Origin: a virus
Lineage: Duplodnaviria > Caudoviricetes
DNA: 32,383 nucleotides
Strand: one strand, 5' to 3'
Virus record (IMG/VR): IMGVR_UViG_3300036985_001355
Location: 1 to 32,383 of that record
The position numbers and the translations under genes were made by a program. Positions 18,693 through 26,444 of this stretch are shown here, piece after piece. Position 1 is the stretch's first letter; each line of letters begins with the position of its first letter. Under the pieces are notes generated by a model. That model made no database searches, was not told where the DNA came from, and was given only the letters and a program-made list of their open reading frames with translations.

Positions 18693-18902
18693 TCACTCGG
18701 CGGGATCGTGTTCGGTCTTGATCGTGTGTTCCGCTTCCCACTTCGCGACTTCGGCTAGGTGGTAACGGATGGTCGCACGCCCTCCAGCAGATGTTGGCAT
18801 CCGCATGTAGGGCGGTCCCACTTCGCGCCTACGCCAGTCCTTGAGCGTCCGAGCACTCAAGCCCCAGCGTTGCGCCAGTTCTTCTGTGGTCAGCAGGCTC
18901 AT
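18693..18902 (-). CDS. Excisionase/AlpA-like helix-turn-helix DNA-binding protein
   Basis: MSLLTTEELAQRWGLSARTLKDWR...GPPY.R......IRY.L.EV.KWE is a typical Xis-type HTH pattern. ATG at 18902 overlaps the upstream stop (ATGA). Confidence 0.8.
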   Translation of the reverse strand: MSLLTTEELAQRWGLSARTLKDWRRREVGPPYMRMPTSAGGRATIRYHLAEVAKWEAEHTIKTEHDPAE

Positions 18903-19138
18903 GCGAGGATCTTGACTAGCCTCTCGACCGCTTTCTCGGTCGCGTGCGTGAACCACATCCGGTCGCTAACGCCATCCCAGCCATGCGGCGGCTTGGTCGC
19001 CACCTTCTTGAGCACGTTGAGCCCGTCTTTCACTAGGCTGACGTAGAGGATGAAGTTGGTCACCTCGTCCTTGTCGATGCCGTGCTCGTGCATCGCAACC
19101 ATGGCTTGCTTGATGATCTTGGCGCTAGGTGGCTTCAC
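18899..19138 (-). CDS. Hypothetical protein
   Basis: 79 aa ORF coupled by GTGA/ATGA overlaps on both sides. Confidence 0.65.
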   Translation of the reverse strand: MKPPSAKIIKQAMVAMHEHGIDKDEVTNFILYVSLVKDGLNVLKKVATKPPHGWDGVSDRMWFTHATEKAVERLVKILA

Positions 19139-20010
19139 GTTGGGACCGCCATGGCATCGCCATCGTCATCGTCGTTCTCGTTCCTGACCTTGATCTCAGG
19201 AGCCTGATCCGCAACTTCCACGGTCAGACCCATGCTGGTCTTGAGTCGCGACAGCGGGGCGGTTGCGGAAGCCTTGGGCGCATCCTGCTGCGAGAAGTCC
19301 GTGCTCTCGTTGTCGTGCGCGAACAACTGCTCCAAGTCCGCACTGGACGGGAGCCGCTTGCACAGTCGGCGGATCACGGTCTTCTTAGCCATCTCGTTCC
19401 ACCACTGCGTCCACGGGCCAGAGTTGCGAGCGCGGCTGACGGCGCGCACTTGCTCCACTTCGGTGTAGGACATGACATCGCGGTAGATCGCACCATCGCG
19501 AGTCTTGGCGATGGCGTAGACCGCCACCACGGCACCACGGTCACCGGTCATCAGCGGACGGTGGACGATCTTCTCCTCGTCGCCAAGCTCGTAGACGAAC
19601 TCGTCGTTCTCGTAGGCAACGTGCGCCGCGATCGACGCAAGCTCGCCGCTGTTGCGGAGCTTCTTGAGCAGACCGCCGATCATCGGCATGTACTGAACGA
19701 GCGGACCCGACTTCGTGTTGAAGATCACGAACGCTGACTCGCGCCCATCTGGCAAGAGCCCATCCTGCGCCGCCTTCATCGCGGCACCGAACAGACTACG
19801 CCGGTCAGCGCCCAACAGGTCAGGCTGCATCTGCACGCTGGTCATCACCGTGCGGACGAACTTCTCTGCTGGGATCTGCTTCGGCAGTGCGTCGGCGAAT
19901 CCCGACTTCATCGCGGTCAGGGTCTGACGGAAAAGCTCGATCGGGGCGACTGCTCGCGTCTGGTCGGGCACGGGTTGCGGCGCTGCCGCTGGGATGTTGG
20001 TGTCGGTCAC
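19135..20010 (-). CDS. recT: RecT-family ssDNA-annealing recombinase
   Basis: ALPKQI..EKF.R......P.LL..DR.SL.GA.M.AAQ.GL.PD, Y.LG...I.H.P, VYAIA, GPW...W.EMAKKTVIRRL.K.LP.S. Confidence 0.93.
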   Translation of the reverse strand: MTDTNIPAAAPQPVPDQTRAVAPIELFRQTLTAMKSGFADALPKQIPAEKFVRTVMTSVQMQPDLLGADRRSLFGAAMKAAQDGLLPDGRESAFVIFNTKSGPLVQYMPMIGGLLKKLRNSGELASIAAHVAYENDEFVYELGDEEKIVHRPLMTGDRGAVVAVYAIAKTRDGAIYRDVMSYTEVEQVRAVSRARNSGPWTQWWNEMAKKTVIRRLCKRLPSSADLEQLFAHDNESTDFSQQDAPKASATAPLSRLKTSMGLTVEVADQAPEIKVRNENDDDDGDAMAVPT

Positions 20011-20354
20011 TTGCTGTCCTCCTGTTGGTTGCTGATCTGGTGCATTCGGAAGGCGGACTCGCCTACGTCGATGGCTTCCTTGATGTCGTTGGCCGAGACG
20101 TTCACGGCGCGGACGCCTTCAAGCTGCATCATCACCTTGAAGTCTGCGGGCATCCTCTCGTTCAGCGTTGCGGACTTCGCCTCGCATGAGTTAGGCTTCG
20201 ACCACACGGTCCATGTTGGTGATTGCTGCACTTCGATCTCTTGCGTGCAGGCGAGTTTTGGAAGGAGGTCGATCATGGCTTTGTGAGCCATGTCCTGATT
20301 GGCATAGACCCCATGGATGACATCACACAGGTTTCTAACAACGTAGACCTTCAC
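20007..20354 (-). CDS. Hypothetical protein between the exonuclease and recT
   Basis: 115 aa ORF with GTGA overlaps at both ends. N-terminal MKVYVV...IHGVY.....A motif is common in small phage proteins. Confidence 0.6.
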   Translation of the reverse strand: MKVYVVRNLCDVIHGVYANQDMAHKAMIDLLPKLACTQEIEVQQSPTWTVWSKPNSCEAKSATLNERMPADFKVMMQLEGVRAVNVSANDIKEAIDVGESAFRMHQISNQQEDSK

Positions 20355-21295
20355 GACTTCTCCTTCTTCGGCGTGTAGCGGAACTGCCGGTAGCCTGATC
20401 GCGCCCCGACGTAGGTGCCGACCATCTCCGGAGTGATGAGCGTGCCTTGGCTGTCCTTCGTCATGCCTGCGGACAACGTGCCGAACGGGGACAAGACCTT
20501 GCTGGCGGTGCCGATCTGATCCAGCACCATCGCCTTGATCGCGCTGCGGCGCTCCTCCAGTTCGGAGACTTGCCTGCTGATGCCGCTGTATTCGGCGAGT
20601 AGGCCAGCGATCTCGCTGCCGACTTCCACCGTCTCGCCATCGTTCGCCGCAGCACGCAGTTGCTTCGTGATGAACTCGGCATCGCGTGCGTAGTCGGGCT
20701 TGGGCGCAACGCCACGTTCAACGCTGTCCCAGAAGATCGCAACCCGCTGGCGGATCGCAGTGCCAACGCCACGGTCACGCTTGCGGAAGATCACGCGGGG
20801 TTCGTTGCCGCCGACGAGAACGCCGATCGCTGCCCAGTCGATGTCGGCAACGTCAAGCTGGTGCTGAACCTGCATCTCGATGTGCGGCGGCGCTTCCACG
20901 CTTTCGCCATCTTGCGACCACTGGTCTTTGAAGACCTTCCAGTCCACGTTCTTGATCTCAAGCACGCCGACGTTGTCTACGTCCTTGACCTCGTAGTCGA
21001 AGCTCGCACCCATACGGGTAGCGGTGTCGCGGACGTATTCGTCCTTCTTGCGGATCGTCCAGCCGTGGTCTTCCGCGATGCCAGCGGCGATCACGGGCTC
21101 AAGCCGGTTGCCCCAGCGCACGCGGTTGTTCTCCACGAACGGCGCGACGATGCCGTTGCGCTTCGCGTGCCACAGTTCAAACTCGGTTGAGTATGGCGAG
21201 AGTCCGAACAGCGCCGACACTTCGGTGCTGGTGACATCTTGCGCTCGGTTGGCTAACCACGTTGCGCGGTCGGTGAATGGGATGGTTTGCTTCAC
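20351..21295 (-). CDS. YqaJ-like (lambda-exonuclease family) viral recombination exonuclease
   Basis: WL..R...VTSTE..ALFG.SPY.T..ELW..K, WG..LEP.IA, ASFD, LEIK, QVQHQL. Upstream of recT. Confidence 0.9.
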   Translation of the reverse strand: MKQTIPFTDRATWLANRAQDVTSTEVSALFGLSPYSTEFELWHAKRNGIVAPFVENNRVRWGNRLEPVIAAGIAEDHGWTIRKKDEYVRDTATRMGASFDYEVKDVDNVGVLEIKNVDWKVFKDQWSQDGESVEAPPHIEMQVQHQLDVADIDWAAIGVLVGGNEPRVIFRKRDRGVGTAIRQRVAIFWDSVERGVAPKPDYARDAEFITKQLRAAANDGETVEVGSEIAGLLAEYSGISRQVSELEERRSAIKAMVLDQIGTASKVLSPFGTLSAGMTKDSQGTLITPEMVGTYVGARSGYRQFRYTPKKEKS

Positions 21296-21576
21296 GATTG
21301 TTCTCCTTGTTCCTCTGGTTCAACTGGCATCAGCACAGCAGTGCCGACGTATTCGATCGCGCCCCACTTCGGGCGAAGGAAGGCGCGAGGGGCTGGCTTG
21401 TCCATGTTCTGCGGGATGGTCACGAAGCCCTGCACGCCCCAAGCTCCGACTTCGGTCACGATCATCAGGCACCCGACCATGCACTCCGACGAGGCGTGCT
21501 CGTTGAGTTGCACGACGGAGCCGACCTTGATGCGACGGTCCCTCGTGATCTCGGACAGCGTCTTGCGTAGGCTCAT
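21292..21576 (-). CDS. Hypothetical protein (small beta-barrel-like)
   Basis: ATGA/GTGA-coupled ORF with KVGSVVQL...GCLMIVTEV..WGVQGFV pattern. Confidence 0.65.
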   Translation of the reverse strand: MSLRKTLSEITRDRRIKVGSVVQLNEHASSECMVGCLMIVTEVGAWGVQGFVTIPQNMDKPAPRAFLRPKWGAIEYVGTAVLMPVEPEEQGEQS

Positions 21577-21836
21577 TCGCACGCCCCCGGCACGACGGCG
21601 TCGCTGGTGGCAACCGCCGCATCAGGCGCGGAAGCCGAGTCGCCTTCTTCGCCACGAAGGACTTCGCGCCGCTTCAGGTTGAGCGCAAGGTCGGCGCGGG
21701 TGGGGGCGAACAGCGTCAGGGTGAACTTGTCACCGCGAGTGCTGGTGATGACGATGTCGCGGGCATGATGCCCTGCGAATGGCCCGTCGATGGGGCGGAT
21801 CTCGATGTTGGTGACTGCGTGAACGGTCAGTTGCAT
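21573..21836 (-). CDS. Hypothetical protein, first gene of the leftward operon
   Basis: ATG at 21836 with AAGGAG upstream, just downstream of the leftward promoter. 87 aa. Confidence 0.65.
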   Translation of the reverse strand: MQLTVHAVTNIEIRPIDGPFAGHHARDIVITSTRGDKFTLTLFAPTRADLALNLKRREVLRGEEGDSASAPDAAVATSDAVVPGACE

Positions 21837-21870
21837 GTTCTCTCTGCTCCTTGGTTGAGGTTGGAGCGGC

Positions 21871-21899
21871 AAGGTAGCGATCGGCAGTCTTGGTGTCAA
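21871..21899 (-). promoter_or_regulatory. Leftward sigma70-type promoter
   Basis: TTGACA-17 nt-TACCTT on the minus strand, upstream of the recombination operon. Confidence 0.75.
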
Positions 21900-21935
21900 T
21901 AGGTGAGGCGAAGTGATTTTTGGGGCAGATTCCTG

Positions 21936-21964
21936 TTGACGTAGGGACACGCTGCCGACAAGAT
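21936..21964 (+). promoter_or_regulatory. Rightward sigma70-type promoter
   Basis: TTGACG-17 nt-CAAGAT, ending 8 nt before the ATG at 21973. Confidence 0.55.
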
Positions 21965-21972
21965 CAAGCCCC

Positions 21973-22338
21973 ATGGTCAGCCCGACTCAACGCAGCCTCG
22001 CGATGCTCAGGAAAGACGGCTACACGGCGCAAGTCGTGGAGAAGTGGAACCCGCACGCCATGGTCAGGCAGGACTTGTTCAACGTCATCGACATCGTGGC
22101 GATCCGGTCCATGTCGATCCTTGGCGTCCAAGCGTGCGCGGCTAGTAGTGCCAGCGCCCGCGTCAAGAAGTCGATGGCCGAACCGAAACTGAAAACGTGG
22201 CTCTTGGCTGGCGGCTACTTCGTCGTGCAAGCCTGGGGCAAGAAGGGCGCGCGTGGTGCGCGCAAAACGTGGCAGTGCAGATCCATCTGGATCAAGCTGG
22301 ACTCCGACAACAACCTCACAACGAGCGAGGAGAACTGA
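21973..22338 (+). CDS. PD-(D/E)XK-like nuclease, putative Holliday junction resolvase
   Basis: SPTQRSL..LR..GY...VVE.WN......DLF..IDIVAI....LGVQ resembles Hjc-like phage nucleases. Confidence 0.6.
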   Translation: MVSPTQRSLAMLRKDGYTAQVVEKWNPHAMVRQDLFNVIDIVAIRSMSILGVQACAASSASARVKKSMAEPKLKTWLLAGGYFVVQAWGKKGARGARKTWQCRSIWIKLDSDNNLTTSEEN

Positions 22339-22339
22339 G

Positions 22340-22684
22340 ATGGCTACGAAGAAGGTCTACGACTTGGCGGTGAAGGTGGGCGAATACACCGACCGCGAGG
22401 GCAAGGTGAAGGGCAAGTATCAGACGGTCGGCTGCGTCCTTGAGAAGGACGATGGCGGCAAGTTCTTGATGCTGGAGAAGTGGTTCAACCCGGCTGGCGT
22501 TCCCGATCTCGGCGGCACTGGCGCTGGGCGCAGCAGCATCATCGTCTCGATGTTCCCGCCCAAGGAACGCGATGGCGAAGGCGGCGGTGACGCCCCTCGC
22601 CAGCAACGTGCATCCAGTCCCGTCGCGAAGAAGGCGCAGGAGATGCTTGGCAAGCAGCAGGACTACGGCGACATCCCCTTCTGA
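22340..22684 (+). CDS. Single-stranded DNA-binding-like protein
   Basis: SD GAGGAG. Beta-rich N-terminus (GEYTD.EG..K..Y..VG), flexible linker and C-terminal DIPF tail typical of SSBs. Confidence 0.7.
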   Translation: MATKKVYDLAVKVGEYTDREGKVKGKYQTVGCVLEKDDGGKFLMLEKWFNPAGVPDLGGTGAGRSSIIVSMFPPKERDGEGGGDAPRQQRASSPVAKKAQEMLGKQQDYGDIPF

Positions 22685-22698
22685 GGAGGAACAAGAAC

Positions 22699-23421
22699 AT
22701 GAACAACGAGAACTATTCACCGGACGAGATCCGGCTGCTGGACGAGTTCGCGAACGTGGCTCTACGGTCCCTCGTCACGGATGACAGCCACGATGAGGAC
22801 TGCGCGATATTGGCCTACGGGCAAGCAGAAGCCATGATCGCCGAGCGGCGAAAGCGGGTGCCTGCACAACACATCGAGTCAACCCCGCCTGCCGATGGCG
22901 ATGACCAGTTGTCCGATGACGAGTTGACGGAGAACAATATCAACGGCTGGCGCGAATGCGCAACTGTCGCCCCGGAGCGTGGCGACTCCATTCTTTGCGA
23001 GTGGGAGATCGACCGCGCCGTCGCCCTCATGCGCGAGGGGCTGCGCTATCGGTGCGAGTTGGAGGCACGCCTTCAGTTGCTGAACGCCGAGCGACTGACC
23101 GTTGCGGAGTTGCAGCGCGCCCTCGCCAACGGTGCCGACGATCTGCGGGCGGCGGATGCTGCGACCACGCTGGCAAGGCAGGAGCGCGACGAGGCGAAGG
23201 AGAACTCGCAGTGGATGCAGGATCGCATCACCGAGTTCCGCTCACGCGCCGAGCAGGCAGAGGCTGCAATCGACGCCGCGCAGCCAGTGCTGGATGCGGT
23301 GGTGCAATGCCACAGCGACAAGACGCCGTTTATGAACTCGATCGCTGCCGGGAAACTGCTCGACGCCTACGCCGACCGCCGCCGCAACGAGGAACGCGCG
23401 AAGCAGCAGGGGGGTGCGTGA
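22699..23421 (+). CDS. Hypothetical protein with a coiled coil
   Basis: SD GAGGAG. 240 aa. N-terminal LLDEFA..AL......A..AY..AEAMIAER module seen in phage accessory proteins. Confidence 0.7.
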   Translation: MNNENYSPDEIRLLDEFANVALRSLVTDDSHDEDCAILAYGQAEAMIAERRKRVPAQHIESTPPADGDDQLSDDELTENNINGWRECATVAPERGDSILCEWEIDRAVALMREGLRYRCELEARLQLLNAERLTVAELQRALANGADDLRAADAATTLARQERDEAKENSQWMQDRITEFRSRAEQAEAAIDAAQPVLDAVVQCHSDKTPFMNSIAAGKLLDAYADRRRNEERAKQQGGA

Positions 23422-23606
23422 TGCAACGATTCTATTGGCAATGGATCAAGCTGGAGACCAGACCAAACGGCACCAAGGAGATCCGCATTCGCATGGCGTC
23501 GTTGGACGGCGATGCGGTCGATTCGGTAATGACCATCGAAGAAGCGAAGATGATACACGGGTCGCTTGGGAAGCGGATCGCACAGGCCGAAGGGGGTGCC
23601 TCGTGA
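23421..23606 (+). CDS. Hypothetical protein (61 aa)
   Basis: TGATG overlap with the upstream gene and a G-rich SD. MQRFYWQW... Confidence 0.6.
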   Translation: MQRFYWQWIKLETRPNGTKEIRIRMASLDGDAVDSVMTIEEAKMIHGSLGKRIAQAEGGAS

Positions 23607-23875
23607 CCTCCCCGCTGGAAGGGGCGGCGCTGTTCGGTGCTGTATCGAGGTTGCTCGGCGAGTTGACTCTGAGCCCCGACAAGTTCGACATTCGCTGGCA
23701 ACTCGTCCCCGCCATGCTGGGGTGGCTGGACACGCAGGACCGTGGCCCGACCTTGGAGCGGTGGCGGACCTGCTGGTTAGCCATTAGCGGCGAGCATGAA
23801 TGCGAAGGCCCCGACCTCCCCACCGCCCTCGCGCGGCTGGTGCTGCGGGTCGCGGAGATGGAGGGGAAGGCATGA
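23603..23875 (+). CDS. Hypothetical protein (90 aa)
   Basis: GTGA overlap. MTSPLEGAALF...GPDLPTALARLVL. Confidence 0.6.
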   Translation: MTSPLEGAALFGAVSRLLGELTLSPDKFDIRWQLVPAMLGWLDTQDRGPTLERWRTCWLAISGEHECEGPDLPTALARLVLRVAEMEGKA

Positions 23876-23922
23876 TCCGCCAACCCAAGAAGCGCCGCGT
23901 GCGCAAGGAGAAGCAGAAGTGA
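23872..23922 (+). CDS. 16-aa basic micro-ORF (MIRQPKKRRVRKEKQK)
   Basis: ATGA overlap upstream, GTGA overlap downstream, GGAGGGGAAGG before the start. Confidence 0.45.
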   Translation: MIRQPKKRRVRKEKQK

Positions 23923-24125
23923 GCGATACCCTTTACCTCAGCACTGAAGCCTTGTCAGACCTTGTGTGCTATCAACGCGAGACGATCCGCGACCTCAAGA
24001 GCAAGATCGCCAGAGCGAAGGATCGCGCAGAGATCCTGACGGCACCGAAGCAAGCAATCGGCGGCGAAGAGACCCGAAAGGTGCCGACGCGGTTGCTCAA
24101 CGAGATTCTGGAGGAACTATCGTGA
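23919..24125 (+). CDS. Hypothetical protein (68 aa)
   Basis: GTG start with AAGGAG upstream. Coupled on both sides. Confidence 0.6.
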   Translation: MSDTLYLSTEALSDLVCYQRETIRDLKSKIARAKDRAEILTAPKQAIGGEETRKVPTRLLNEILEELS

Positions 24126-24364
24126 CCAACCCCATCAAGCTGACGGACGCGCTGATCGCCGACATCGAAGCGGCGTTGAACGACTACCACGGGCACGACA
24201 GCCTGATGCCGGAACGATGCGTCACCGCCATCCGCACCCTGCGCGACCGGGCGCGGGCGGTGGTGTTTGACGCCCGTGAGAGCAACTGCATGGAATGCGG
24301 AGGATGCGGCAACGTGAACGTGCGTGAGGTTGCCATCAACGCACTCCGCGAGGTGCTGCCGTGA
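24122..24364 (+). CDS. Hypothetical protein (80 aa), paralogue of 25258-25509, with CxxCxxC
   Basis: GTGA overlaps and SD GGAGG. PIKLT...TAIRTLRDRARAV...LREVLP. Confidence 0.65.
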   Translation: MTNPIKLTDALIADIEAALNDYHGHDSLMPERCVTAIRTLRDRARAVVFDARESNCMECGGCGNVNVREVAINALREVLP

Positions 24365-24612
24365 CGCAGCAACTGCACGACGAACAGGTTGACCCGTGGG
24401 ATTATCCACTCAACGTAAAGTCCGACCTACTCTCCCTCCGCGCAGCCGTGCGGCGGGTGCATGATGCCGAGGATGCGTTGGACAACACGATGGGAGACTG
24501 CATGGTCCCCGAAGATGTCAAGATGGCCTTGAGCCTCGCGTATCGCCGCAACCGCGCAGCCCTCCGCGCCGAGATGGCGGGCATCGACGGCAAGAAGGAG
24601 CAGAAGCCGTGA
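24361..24612 (+). CDS. Hypothetical protein (83 aa)
   Basis: GTGA-coupled ORF with GAGG upstream. Confidence 0.6.
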   Translation: MTQQLHDEQVDPWDYPLNVKSDLLSLRAAVRRVHDAEDALDNTMGDCMVPEDVKMALSLAYRRNRAALRAEMAGIDGKKEQKP

Positions 24613-24716
24613 GCGACATCGAGGGACTGTTCTTCACGATGCTCTGCGGCGCTGGCGGGCTCGTGATAGGGAATCTCCTTGCCGAGTTCCTGTTCCATCG
24701 TCGGAGGCGTGACTGA
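24609..24716 (+). CDS. 35-aa single-pass membrane peptide
   Basis: SD AAGGAG and GTGA overlap. MSDIEGLFFTMLCGAGGLVIGNLLAEFLFHRRRRD is a hydrophobic helix followed by a basic tail. Confidence 0.6.
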   Translation: MSDIEGLFFTMLCGAGGLVIGNLLAEFLFHRRRRD

Positions 24717-24781
24717 TGATCCCAGACGAAGAAGCCATCACCCGCGCCATCGCGTTGATCCGCGAGACGGAGTTGCCATGA
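24716..24781 (+). CDS. 21-aa micro-ORF (MIPDEEAITRAIALIRETELP)
   Basis: SD GGAGG, TGATG overlap upstream, ATGA overlap downstream. Confidence 0.5.
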   Translation: MIPDEEAITRAIALIRETELP

Positions 24782-24945
24782 AACCATCAGACCTACGCAC
24801 CATTCTTGACCACGCAGACCCGCGATGGCATCTGCGCCCGGTGCTGCTTGCGCTGCTTAAGTTGTGGGAGGCGGCGGAGGATGACGATTCACCTCATGCT
24901 GCTGTCACCCATGCTCTGAGCAAACTGGAGAATATCGAACCATGA
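24778..24945 (+). CDS. Hypothetical protein (55 aa)
   Basis: SD GGAG and ATGA overlaps. MKPSDLRTIL... Confidence 0.55.
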   Translation: MKPSDLRTILDHADPRWHLRPVLLALLKLWEAAEDDDSPHAAVTHALSKLENIEP

Positions 24946-25001
24946 CCGAGACGCAGATCACGCTGCACTTCTGGGATGCCATGATGTGGGGGAGCCTGTG
25001 A
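24942..25001 (+). CDS. 19-aa micro-ORF (MTETQITLHFWDAMMWGSL)
   Basis: SD GGAG, ATGA overlap upstream, GTGA overlap downstream. Confidence 0.45.
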   Translation: MTETQITLHFWDAMMWGSL

Positions 25002-25261
25002 CCAAGCGCAAATGGACCGGAGGACACCGCGTCGAGATGAAGTGCGACGAGTGCGGGCAACCGTTCATGGCATCACCCGGTCGCGAGCACAGCATCTGCC
25101 GCCCATGCATTCACAGCCGCGTGTCGCGCGAGCACACGGGCGAGGTCGAGCAGAGCATCGACAGCAACCGAAGGATTCGCCGCATGGAGCGGCAGATCGA
25201 ACAAGAGAACCTGCCGCCGTGGATGCGGCCAAACTTCAAGAGCATGTGGGATAGAGAATGA
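24998..25261 (+). CDS. Small zinc-ribbon protein
   Basis: CDECG...CRPC. GTG start with GGGGAG upstream. Confidence 0.65.
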   Translation: MTKRKWTGGHRVEMKCDECGQPFMASPGREHSICRPCIHSRVSREHTGEVEQSIDSNRRIRRMERQIEQENLPPWMRPNFKSMWDRE

Positions 25262-25509
25262 GTGACGAACCAACCAAGTTGACGAGGGATGACCTCCTCA
25301 CCATTTTCAAGATGCTGTGCTCCGAAGATCGCGTGTCGATCGTCGAAGCGGACCGCATCACTACCGCCATCCGAACGATGCGCCTGAGAGCGGAAGCCGT
25401 ATGCGGTTCCGCCAACCCCAGCACCGCGCTGTCGATGGTCCCCGGCTACGAGGACGAGACGCCGGTATCCACGGCTGCGCTGGCTAGGCTGAAGGAGATC
25501 CTGCCGTGA
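25258..25509 (+). CDS. Hypothetical protein, paralogue of 24122-24364
   Basis: PTKLT...TAIRTMRLRAEAV...LKEILP. Coupled on both sides. Confidence 0.65.
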   Translation: MSDEPTKLTRDDLLTIFKMLCSEDRVSIVEADRITTAIRTMRLRAEAVCGSANPSTALSMVPGYEDETPVSTAALARLKEILP

Positions 25510-25727
25510 CCAAGCCGACTGGTGAGACCGTCATCATCATCACCTACAACATCACCATGTCCGTAGGCTTGGACAAGGCGGAATCGGTCGAGACGTTGGC
25601 TCGCGCTTTCAGTAACGCGGCCAAAGTCGTGGTGGACGTTGGCGGTGTGGAGCACTGGACCGACTCGTGGGATGTTCACAGGCAGCTTGTGCTCCATGCT
25701 CCACCGCTCCCAAAGGTGAAGCCATGA
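25506..25727 (+). CDS. Hypothetical protein (73 aa)
   Basis: SD AAGGAG with GTGA/ATGA overlaps. Confidence 0.6.
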   Translation: MTKPTGETVIIITYNITMSVGLDKAESVETLARAFSNAAKVVVDVGGVEHWTDSWDVHRQLVLHAPPLPKVKP

Positions 25728-25924
25728 AGCCAGACGAGCGAACCGAAGCCGCCAAGCGCGGCGACAAGACCTACGCAGGCGATGCGTGCTCCGCGTGCGG
25801 CACCGTGCGGCGCTACACGCTTACCGACAAGTGCGCTGCGTGTGCGCGTGAGAAGGCGAAGGCGACCTACGCGAGTAAGACCGCGAAGATCAGGGCGCTG
25901 CTGGAGAAGGCGAGGTCGGAATGA
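25724..25924 (+). CDS. Small C4 zinc-finger protein
   Basis: R..A.KRG...YAG..CxxCG...RY.....CxxC. ATGA overlap. Confidence 0.7.
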   Translation: MKPDERTEAAKRGDKTYAGDACSACGTVRRYTLTDKCAACAREKAKATYASKTAKIRALLEKARSE

Positions 25925-26202
25925 ACTCACGCCACCTACGTGCCATCGTCCACCGCATGACGATGAAGGATCGCCGTCGCGAGAAGACGATCCGTCGCAA
26001 CAGACGCATTCGCGAGGAGCGCGAACGGATTCGTGCCGAGTTGGATGCGAAGATCCGCGCGAACCCCGATCGCTACCTGAACAGCATCCGCATGAGCGAA
26101 GCCGACATCAATCTGGTGTTCTACGGCAACGATCCAACGGGTTTGGCACCGCGCTACGTTCCATCTGGTCCCATTCCATACCTTCTCGATGGGCCAATCT
26201 GA
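25921..26202 (+). CDS. Hypothetical Arg-rich protein
   Basis: 93 aa ORF with ATGA overlap and GAGG upstream. Confidence 0.55.
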   Translation: MNSRHLRAIVHRMTMKDRRREKTIRRNRRIREERERIRAELDAKIRANPDRYLNSIRMSEADINLVFYGNDPTGLAPRYVPSGPIPYLLDGPI

Positions 26203-26389
26203 CCTCCGCCGTACCGCCCTAGAACGCGGCGAGCCCGTCTACGCAGGGTCGAAGTGCTACACCTGTGGCTACCGAGTTCGCAACACGAGGACCGCGCGCT
26301 GCGCGACTTGTGAGAGGCGCGAGGATCTATCGCGTCGGCAAGAACTCCACGCTCGGATGGGGCGTGAGAAAAGCGTGATGCGCGGGTGA
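26189..26389 (+). CDS. Small C4 zinc-finger protein, paralogue of 25724-25924
   Basis: R..A.ERG..VYAG..CxxCG...R......CxxC. Confidence 0.65.
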   Translation: MGQSDLRRTALERGEPVYAGSKCYTCGYRVRNTRTARCATCERREDLSRRQELHARMGREKSVMRG

Positions 26390-26400
26390 GATTTTTCTCA

Positions 26401-26444
26401 CATGTCCCTTGATGTCCGGGACATGTCCCGTAATGTCCGGGACA
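26401..26444. repeat. Two 21-bp tandem repeats with a central 14-bp palindrome (putative initiator-binding operator)
   Basis: CATGTCCCTTGATGTCCGGGA / CATGTCCCGTAATGTCCGGGA (2 mismatches). Perfect palindrome CGGGACATGTCCCG at 26417-26430. Confidence 0.85.

Noticed and set aside
23884-23904. PKKRRVR resembles a eukaryotic nuclear localisation signal
   Set aside because: The context is a bacteriophage, and short basic runs arise readily by chance.
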